From an uncultured Gemmataceae bacterium (lineage in GTDB: Bacteria > Planctomycetota > Planctomycetia > Gemmatales > Gemmataceae): a DNA stretch of 64,000 nucleotides. This document shows positions 57,656 to 64,000 of the stretch, one piece after another (position 1 is the stretch's first letter; every line of letters starts with the position of its first letter). The stretch covers positions 1,664,001 through 1,728,000 of the forward strand of contig CAVVPN010000011.1 of assembly GCA_963750165.1 (NCBI GenBank), written 5' to 3'. The notes below the pieces were generated by a model. It had not been told where the DNA came from. It did no database searches and saw only the letters and a list, made by a program, of their open reading frames with translations. Position numbers and translations under genes: made by a program.

Positions 57656-57750
57656 ATACCAATGACTTGCGCTCGGTCAGGCTGGAGACAGAGTAGAAAT
57701 AAGCCGCATGATCGGATTTCCCTCGCTGAAAGAAAATTCTCGCAGGCGAC

Positions 57751-57779
57751 TTGACTGTAAACAGACAGGTCTGTATAGT
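57751..57779 (+). promoter_or_regulatory. sigma70 promoter TTGACT-N17-TATAGT with a TetR operator in the spacer
   Basis: Palindrome ACAGAC-AG-GTCTGT at 57761-57774; predicted TSS coincides with the GTG at 57786. Confidence 0.75.
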
Positions 57780-57785
57780 TGAGAG

Positions 57786-58364
57786 GTGGGGCGCACACGA
57801 GAAACCTCTGAAGCCCGGCAACGCATCCTTGAAACAGCCGGCCGGCTGTTCTACCAGGAAGGGGTGCGGGCGGTAGGCATCGACCGGATCATCGCCGAGG
57901 CTGGGGTCGCTAAGATGAGCCTATACAAGCACTTTCCGTCCAAGGACGACCTGATCCTGGCCGTCCTGAAGCATCGAGAAGAAAGCGTATTGGCGTTCTT
58001 CCGTTCGGCGATGGAGCGGCAGAGCAAGAAGATGAAGAACCCGCTGCGGGCCTTCTTCGCCGCCCTGAAGGAGTGGTTCGAGACGCCGGACTTCCGGGGC
58101 TGCGCCTTCCAGAACGCCGCCGTCGAACTGGCGGACGCCGCCCACCCCGGCACCGAGTTCGTCCGTGGGCACAAGCAGCGATTCGGCGAGTTCCTGCGTG
58201 GCCTGGTCGAAGAAGCGGTCGGCAAGTCGGCGAAGGTCACCCCCGCCGTGGCCCTGCTGGTTGAAGGGGCCATCGTGACCGCCGTGATCCAGGGCAAGCC
58301 CGACGCCGCCGACGTGGCCCGTGACGCTGCTCTGAAGCTGGTGGCCGAAGGGAAGGGCGGCTAA
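57786..58364 (+). CDS. TetR/AcrR family transcriptional regulator
   Basis: RQRILETA..LFYQEGVRAVGIDRIIAEAGVAKMSLYKHFPSKDDL; FRGCAFQNAAVE. Confidence 0.94.
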   Translation: MGRTRETSEARQRILETAGRLFYQEGVRAVGIDRIIAEAGVAKMSLYKHFPSKDDLILAVLKHREESVLAFFRSAMERQSKKMKNPLRAFFAALKEWFETPDFRGCAFQNAAVELADAAHPGTEFVRGHKQRFGEFLRGLVEEAVGKSAKVTPAVALLVEGAIVTAVIQGKPDAADVARDAALKLVAEGKGG

Positions 58365-58386
58365 TTCGTCCCTTTTTGCATCAAAT

Positions 58387-58404
58387 ATACAGACCTGTCT
58401 GTAT
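58387..58404. promoter_or_regulatory. Second TetR operator
   Basis: ATACAGAC-CT-GTCTGTAT, the same palindrome as at 57761. Confidence 0.75.
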
Positions 58405-58427
58405 TGACAGAAATGAGGGCAGGAGCC

Positions 58428-59051
58428 ATGAGACAGTATCCGAGTGACATCGCCTTCACTCCCGCCGTGAAGGGCATACAGACGGCGAAAGGCTCACGGG
58501 CCGGCTACGCCAAGGTCGAAAGCCGTGGTTGGCGGACCCGTGTGACGCCAGACCTGGCCGAATTCGTGGCGGGGTTGGATATGTTCTACCTTGGCACGGC
58601 GAGCGCCGAAGGGCAGCCGTACATCCAGCATCGAGGCGGATCGCCTGGCTTTCTGAAGGTGCTGGACGACAAGACGCTCGCCTTCGCAGACTTCGGCGGC
58701 AATCGCCAGTACATCACGCTTGGCAACCTGTCGGAGAACCCCAAGGCGTTCATCTTCCTGATGGATTACGCCAACCAGCAGCGGGTCAAGCTCTGGGGCA
58801 CAGCCAGGGCGGTCGAAGATGACGCCGAGTTGCTGGAACGCTTGCGTGACCCGGACTATCCAGCCAAGGTGGAGCGGGCTATCGTCTTCACCATCGAAGC
58901 CTGGGACATCAACTGCCCGCAGCACATCCAGAAGCGGTATTCGCAACGGGAAGTTCAGCCCGTGATCGAGCAACTACAGCGCCGCATCAGCGAGTTGGAG
59001 TCACAGTTGGCGCAACGAGAGGCCCATGAGCCACGCCCCTCGCCCGCCTGA
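58428..59051 (+). CDS. Pyridoxamine 5'-phosphate oxidase-like FMN-binding protein
   Basis: FYLGTAS..GQPYIQHRGG.PGFLKVLD...ADFGGNRQY...WDINCPQHI. Confidence 0.9.
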   Translation: MRQYPSDIAFTPAVKGIQTAKGSRAGYAKVESRGWRTRVTPDLAEFVAGLDMFYLGTASAEGQPYIQHRGGSPGFLKVLDDKTLAFADFGGNRQYITLGNLSENPKAFIFLMDYANQQRVKLWGTARAVEDDAELLERLRDPDYPAKVERAIVFTIEAWDINCPQHIQKRYSQREVQPVIEQLQRRISELESQLAQREAHEPRPSPA

Positions 59052-59144
59052 AAAGATCAACGTCCCACGAAGATTTCTTCCCGTTCAGGTCGGTCGCCGA
59101 GGGGCGACTGCCTGCGACGATCTTTCCCTCCCAGGGAGTTTGAC

Positions 59145-60023
59145 ATGACGATTCCGAAAATGGCGTACCGCACTGTGAACATCGACGGCCTGGACATCTT
59201 CCATCGAGAGGCGGGTGCGAAGGACGCCCCGTCGATCCTGCTGTTGCACGGCTTCCCGACATCCTCGCATATGTTCCGCAACCTGATCCCGGCCCTGGCC
59301 GACGAGTTCCACCTGGTCGCCCCGGACTACCCCGGCTTCGGCTACAGTTCGGCCCCGCCCGTGGGCCGGTTCGACTACACCTTCGACAACCTGGCCGACG
59401 TGGTGGAGAAGTTCACCCAGGAGGTCGGGCTGAAGAAGTACGCCCTTTACGTCCAGGACTACGGCGCTCCGGTCGGTTACCGGCTGGCAGTCAGGCACCC
59501 GGAGCGTGTCACCGCCCTGGTGGTGCAGAACGGCAACGCCTACGAGGAGGGGCTGGACAACGACTTCTGGAAGCCGCTCAAGGCGTACTGGCAGGACCGC
59601 TCCGAGAAGAACGCCGAGCCGCTGCGGAAATTCCTGGCCCTGGAGGCGACGAAGTGGCAGTACACGCACGGGGTCCGCAACCTGGAGGCAATCAGCCCGG
59701 ACACCTGGACCATCGACCAGGCGCTCCTCGACCGGCCCGGCAACCAGGAAGTTCAGTTGGCGTTGTTCTACAGCTACGGCAGCAATCCGGCGCAGTACCC
59801 CCGCTGGCACGACTACTTCCGCCAGCACCAGCCTCCGACCCTCATCACCTGGGGCAAGAACGACGCCATCTTCCCGCCCGCAGGGGCCGAACCGTACAGG
59901 AGGGACTTGAAGAATATCGACTTCCACCTGCTCGATACCGGCCATTTCGCCCTGGAGGAAGACGGTGACGAGATCGCCAGCCTCATGCGGCAGTTCTTGC
60001 GGAAGCATTCAGCAACCAAGTAG
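59145..60023 (+). CDS. Alpha/beta hydrolase (epoxide hydrolase/dehalogenase-like)
   Basis: [14 protein letters not shown], nucleophile [20 protein letters not shown]. Confidence 0.92.
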   Translation: MTIPKMAYRTVNIDGLDIFHREAGAKDAPSILLLHGFPTSSHMFRNLIPALADEFHLVAPDYPGFGYSSAPPVGRFDYTFDNLADVVEKFTQEVGLKKYALYVQDYGAPVGYRLAVRHPERVTALVVQNGNAYEEGLDNDFWKPLKAYWQDRSEKNAEPLRKFLALEATKWQYTHGVRNLEAISPDTWTIDQALLDRPGNQEVQLALFYSYGSNPAQYPRWHDYFRQHQPPTLITWGKNDAIFPPAGAEPYRRDLKNIDFHLLDTGHFALEEDGDEIASLMRQFLRKHSATK

Positions 60024-60057
60024 CGCCCTTTCCTTCTCGCCGTTGAAGAGACTTTCT

Positions 60058-60639
60058 ATGCACTACGAATTCACCGCCATCCCCGATGTCGATGTCCTCC
60101 AGGCCGTCGAACCGATTTTCCAGCACGTTGTCACCGCCTACGCCAGCGAGGCGAACAAGACGGTAAGCGTCTGGAGGGCGGTGCCGGACCATCTTCTCGA
60201 CTTCAAGCCGCACGAGAAGACCAACCCGATCCGCACCATTCTGGTCCACCAGCTTCTCTCCGAGCGGCGGTTCTTCGCTCAGTTCGTCGGCACTGAGGAG
60301 CCACCCGTCGAAGAACTCCTCCCTGCCGGCGAGAAGCCCGTCGTCCAGGCGTACATCGAGAAGTACATCTGGCTCGTGAAGCGCCGGCTGCCGCAGTTGG
60401 CGAAGGGCACCGCTGTCTGGTGGCTGGAGAACCGGCCCTTCTTTGGCGGCTTGCAGCGGGAGCGGATTTGGGTCTTCTGGCGGCGAGTCTTGCACACCTG
60501 CCACCACCGGACGCAGGTGCAGTCCTGGCTGCGCCTCGCCGGCCAGCACGTCCCGGCCATCTACGGGCCGTCCGGCGACGTGAAGTGGGACGAGGCCACC
60601 CCGACCTACTCCCTGGAGGCGGCGAAGCGAGGCGGGTGA
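60058..60639 (+). CDS. DinB family protein
   Basis: FKPHEK...ILVHQ...RRVLHTCHHRTQ...LRLAG..VPAIYGPSGD. Confidence 0.85.
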   Translation: MHYEFTAIPDVDVLQAVEPIFQHVVTAYASEANKTVSVWRAVPDHLLDFKPHEKTNPIRTILVHQLLSERRFFAQFVGTEEPPVEELLPAGEKPVVQAYIEKYIWLVKRRLPQLAKGTAVWWLENRPFFGGLQRERIWVFWRRVLHTCHHRTQVQSWLRLAGQHVPAIYGPSGDVKWDEATPTYSLEAAKRGG

Positions 60640-60757
60640 CTGCTGCCGTGATTTGTCGAAATCGTCAAAGAATGCCCTCGGCTCGGTACAAGGGTAGGAG
60701 ATCGGCGGGGGTGTAGATTCTGTCGTCGTGCTCCACGGTTGATTATTGGAACAGCCT

Positions 60758-60941
60758 CTAAACTCGACTGATGCACTTTTTCGAGGGGGCGAGTTTCGGG
60801 AAAGCCAGGGATTTTCGGGGGTTTTGCATATTTTGAGACAGGCCGCACCCGATATGGGGTGTGCAAAAAGTCCTTCTCCAGCGTAAAACCGCAGAAAAAC
60901 CTGGCAAATCCCCTTCCGAAAAAGTGCATCAGTCGAACTAA
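60758..60941. mobile_element. MITE-like element with 20-bp terminal inverted repeats and possible CTAA duplication
   Basis: tcgactgatgcactttttcg (60764-60783) / cgaaaaagtgcatcagtcga (60917-60936); CTAA at 60758 and 60938; AT-richer interior with no credible ORF. Confidence 0.65.
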
Positions 60942-61026
60942 AAGGCTACCGCAGTAGAGGCCGACCGCCGGGCCGCACATCGGGCTGCCAGTATCTCAGG
61001 ATGCTCTTCGGCGGCGGGGCAGGTGG

Positions 61027-61701
61027 CTAAGCAGGACCGAATTCCGGCAGCAGCGCCCGCACCAGGGCGCGCGGTGCGCCGATGTCCGCCACATGGACCT
61101 CGCCCAGCCATTCTTTGGCTGTGGGGTTGGCGAAGCCTTTCTTCTGGGTCACGAACGTGACCGTGTGCAGCGCCCGCACGCACGGCCCCAGCGGCAAACC
61201 GGTGTCGCAGTCCATCCCGGACGGCAGGTCCACCGCCAGTACCTTCGCTCCGCCAGCGTTGATCGCGGCAATCACCCGGTCCAGCGGCGGCCGCGCCGGT
61301 CCCGTCACCCCAGTTCCGAGCAAGGCGTCCACCACCCAGTCCGCGCCCGCCAAGTCCGGCGCTGGCACGGCATCAGCGCACACCGTCAACGGCAGTCCCG
61401 CGCGACGCACAATCTCGAAGTTGATGGCCGCGTCACCGGTCAGCGTCTGCGGTTGGCCGAAGAACAGCACGCGCACCGTGACGCCGTGGTTGTCCAGGTG
61501 GCGAGCGATGACGAAGCCGTCGCCACCATTGTTGCCCTTGCCGCAACACACCACCACCGGGCCGCACACGCCCAGCCGCAGCAGCACCTCCGCGGCGCCG
61601 CGGCCGGCGTTCTCCATGAGCACCACGCCCGGCACGCCATACTCGGCGCTGGCCCGCCGGTCCAGCTCCCGCACCTGGTCACGGCTGATGAATTCGCCCA
61701 T
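61027..61701 (-). CDS. nnrE: NAD(P)H-hydrate epimerase (stand-alone YjeF_N)
   Basis: LMENAG, CGKGNNGGDG, VDALLGTG, AVDLPSG, TVTF, DIG. Confidence 0.93.
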   Translation of the reverse strand: MGEFISRDQVRELDRRASAEYGVPGVVLMENAGRGAAEVLLRLGVCGPVVVCCGKGNNGGDGFVIARHLDNHGVTVRVLFFGQPQTLTGDAAINFEIVRRAGLPLTVCADAVPAPDLAGADWVVDALLGTGVTGPARPPLDRVIAAINAGGAKVLAVDLPSGMDCDTGLPLGPCVRALHTVTFVTQKKGFANPTAKEWLGEVHVADIGAPRALVRALLPEFGPA

Positions 61702-61708
61702 ACGCCCC

Positions 61709-62695
61709 TCAGCGGCTGATGCGCAGCGTGCCGCTCTTCATGGTCGCCTCGACCTCCTCGCGCGTCAGCCAGGCGAAGTCACCGGGGATCGAGTGCTTGA
61801 GCGCACTGGCCGCGACGCCCGCGTCCAGGCCGCGCTGCAGGTCGTTGCTCAGCAGGCCGTGGATCAACCCCGCCGCGAAGCAGTCGCCCGCGCCGAGCCG
61901 ATCCACTATCTCCACCTCATAGGTGCGCGTCTTGTAGACCTTGCCGTCCTGGTACGCCATCGCGGTCCAGCTGTTTTTCCAGACGAGCGGGTTTTCGCGC
62001 AGCGTGATGGCGACAGTCTTGAGGCCAAAGCGGCGCACCAGCTGGGCGGACACGTCCTCGTAATCCTTGCCGTGGATGCCGAAGACGCGCTCGGTGTCCT
62101 CCTCGGTGGTGATGAGCACGTCGCACAACGGCATGAACTCGCTCATCCAGCGGGCCGCCTCCGCCTGGCTCCACAACTTCACGCGGTAATTCAGGTCCAT
62201 GCTGGTGCGAACGCCGGCCGCCCGCGCCGCTTGCAGGGACTCGCGCGTGACCTCGGCAGCGCCAGCGCTGAGCGCGGGCGTGATGCCGGTGACGTGATAC
62301 CACTTCGCCCCGGCGAAGACCTTTTTCCAATCGACCATGCCCGGCCCGATGCCGGCGATGGCCGCGTTCTTGCGGTCGTAGAGGACGCTGCTGGCGCGCG
62401 GGGCGGCGCCGAATTCGAGGAAGTAGAGGCCAACGCGGTCGTCGTCGGTCCAGACGACGTGATCGGTGGCGACGCCGGCACAGCGGGCGTGGTTGGCGAT
62501 CAGGCGGCCGAGGGGGTTGCGCGTCAGCCGCGACACCCACGCCGTGGCGTGGCCAAGCCGCGCCAGCGCTACCGCGGTGTTCAGCTCGGCGCCGCCGACC
62601 ATGAGGTCCAGACTGGTCGCCTGCTCCAGCCGGCGGAAGTTCGGCGGACTGAGGCGGACCATCGCCTCGCCGAACGTGATGACCTCGGGAGACAT
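61709..62695 (-). CDS. kdgK: 2-dehydro-3-deoxygluconokinase (PfkB family)
   Basis: FGEAMVRL, GGAELN.A, TGITPAL, DLNYR.KLW, DRLGAGDCF, KHSIPGD. Confidence 0.9.
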   Translation of the reverse strand: MSPEVITFGEAMVRLSPPNFRRLEQATSLDLMVGGAELNTAVALARLGHATAWVSRLTRNPLGRLIANHARCAGVATDHVVWTDDDRVGLYFLEFGAAPRASSVLYDRKNAAIAGIGPGMVDWKKVFAGAKWYHVTGITPALSAGAAEVTRESLQAARAAGVRTSMDLNYRVKLWSQAEAARWMSEFMPLCDVLITTEEDTERVFGIHGKDYEDVSAQLVRRFGLKTVAITLRENPLVWKNSWTAMAYQDGKVYKTRTYEVEIVDRLGAGDCFAAGLIHGLLSNDLQRGLDAGVAASALKHSIPGDFAWLTREEVEATMKSGTLRISR

Positions 62696-62710
62696 GGATA
62701 CCTCCGAAGA

Positions 62711-62783
62711 CATTAGTCATTAGTCACCAGTCATTAGTTTCAATCCTAATGACTAATGACTAATGACTGATGACTAATGACTA
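62711..62783. repeat. Inverted heptamer array (CATTAGT)n/(AATGACT)n
   Basis: cattagtcattagtcaccagtcattag...ctaatgactaatgactaatgactgatgactaatgact; overlaps the eda stop. Confidence 0.85.
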
Positions 62784-63433
62784 TTTTGTTCTTCGCGGGT
62801 TTTGCGGACGATGGCGACGTACTGCCGGGCCAGGTCGCGGAGGCGCTCGAAGTTGCGTTCCTGCACCGCCCGCGGCTCGACCAGCTGGCTACCGATACCG
62901 AGGCAGCAGGCACCTGCCTTGAGGAACGCTGCGGCCGTGGTCAGATCGACGCCGCCGGTTGGCATGACGCGGATTTGCGGCAGCGGCCCCCGCAGCGCCT
63001 TGAAGTACGCCGGCCCAACCACCTCCGCGGGGAACACCTTGACGATGTCGGCGCCGGCCTCCCAGGCGGTCAGGATCTCCGTCGGCGTGAAGGCGCCGGG
63101 CATGACCAGCTTGTTGTAGCGCTGGCACAGCTTGATGACCTCGACGTTGACGGTCGGCGAGACGATGTACTCCGCCCCGGCGAGGAAGACGGCACGGGCG
63201 GTTTCGGGGTCGAGGACGGTGCCGGCGCCGAGGAGAATCTGGTCGCCGAGGGCGTCGCGGACCTGGCGCAGTACGTCGAGGGCGTTGGGCACGGTCATGG
63301 TGATTTCGATGACGTGAACGCCGCCGTCGGCCAGCGCCCGCGCCACCTCGACGAGCTGCCGGCTGTCCGGCGAACGCACGACGGCGACGATGCCGTCGTC
63401 GAGGACGCGCTGGAGTTGACGTTCCTTGCTCAT
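62774..63433 (-). CDS. eda: KDPG/KHG aldolase
   Basis: IVAVVR, IEITMT, GAGTVL, IVSP, PGAFTPTE, KVFPA, MPTGGV. Confidence 0.94.
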   Translation of the reverse strand: MSKERQLQRVLDDGIVAVVRSPDSRQLVEVARALADGGVHVIEITMTVPNALDVLRQVRDALGDQILLGAGTVLDPETARAVFLAGAEYIVSPTVNVEVIKLCQRYNKLVMPGAFTPTEILTAWEAGADIVKVFPAEVVGPAYFKALRGPLPQIRVMPTGGVDLTTAAAFLKAGACCLGIGSQLVEPRAVQERNFERLRDLARQYVAIVRKTREEQNSH

Positions 63434-63754
63434 GGCCTGCCCCAGTCCAGGAAATCGCGGGCGACTGGAGGGGTTTGTACGGGGCCGATGGCGGAAGTCA
63501 ACTCCGCGGTGGGCCGCGCCATGCCGGCCAGCGCCTGGGGTTGCCGGGCCGGGCAAGGATGCCAAGGGGGCCAACGGAGCCAGTGCCAGCGGTCGCCAAT
63601 TGCGCGTGCCGTGTCGCGCCGCGGGAAGCCGTCGCTTGCCGGTGAAAGCAAGGGTGCCAAGAGTGCCAACATTTTGTACGTCGAGAATCGGCGCCGTTGC
63701 CCCACGCGGCCGCCCTTCCGAAGTCTGCTGGCCAGCCGCGACAATGATCATTCT

Positions 63755-63930
63755 TGGTTCGTAGTTCTACGGTGCGCGGTGGGCAATGGAGGAGGTGTAG
63801 GACGGCTCTCCAGAGCCGTCTCTGCGGCAGAAGATGGCTCTGGAGAGCCGTCTCTGCGGCAGAAGACGGCTCTGGAGAGCCGTCCTACACCTCGCCTTCC
63901 CCGCATCCCGCACCGTAGAACTACAAACCA
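63755..63930. repeat. Nested palindromic REP cluster with an internal 32-bp tandem unit
   Basis: Outer arms tggttcgtagttctacggtgcg / cgcaccgtagaactacaaacca; inner gtgtaggacggctctccagagccgtc...gacggctctggagagccgtcctacac. Confidence 0.85.
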
Positions 63931-63942
63931 GGACAACCGCGT

Positions 63943-64000
63943 TCAGCGCGACGTTCCTGCCAGGGCGGTGAGGCGCTTGTTCGCCTCCTCGTGGCGGGCC
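63943..64000 (-). CDS. 3' end of an unidentified gene entering from outside the window
   Basis: ...ARHEEANKRLTALAGTSR* with GC-rich codon usage; TGA at 63943-63945. Confidence 0.5.
   Translation of the reverse strand, partial: ARHEEANKRLTALAGTSR

Noticed and set aside
63797..63889. Possible CRISPR array (about 2.5 copies of a 32-bp unit)
   Set aside because: The intervening sequences are identical rather than unique spacers, the unit is a GTAG REP palindrome, and no cas genes are visible.

Overview
GC-rich bacterial chromosome segment, most likely from a Planctomycete (Gemmataceae-like). This is inferred from the ECF sigma/Ser-Thr kinase pair, the LEPRxLL-type export motif and the families of hypothetical proteins. 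Positions 1-46.6 kb and 61-64 kb are mostly core or lineage-typical genes. These include ECF-STK, a methyltransferase with an SqdX-like GT4, a KaiC-like ATPase with a hybrid kinase, DtxR, ald, thiS-thiG, long nagB, bpt/ate, prs, FHA-GAF-HD-GYP, glgA-GH57-galT, GT2 with a BshC-like gene, two sigma54-driven Hsp20s, and nnrE-kdgK-eda. A small cassette-like patch at 27.4-31 kb holds a phosphatase, an attC-like site, a MazF/PemK toxin-antitoxin pair and a DUF6985-like gene. A ~14 kb accessory island (46.65-60.94 kb) carries three IS remnants, a MITE-like element, several gene fragments, a TetR-controlled detox operon and an unusual RND pump whose permease has an extra His-rich/hydrophobic insert and a C-terminal AAA_assoc_C-like domain. 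At least four otherwise intact genes are split by 1-2 nt frameshifts in short G/C runs, probably long-read consensus errors; one of them creates a false KaiC-kinase fusion. Intergenic DNA is rich in REP-like palindromes and inverted heptamer/nonamer arrays, and holds two candidate structured ncRNAs. I found no rRNA, tRNA or CRISPR array. All family assignments come from motif recognition by eye, not from database searches.
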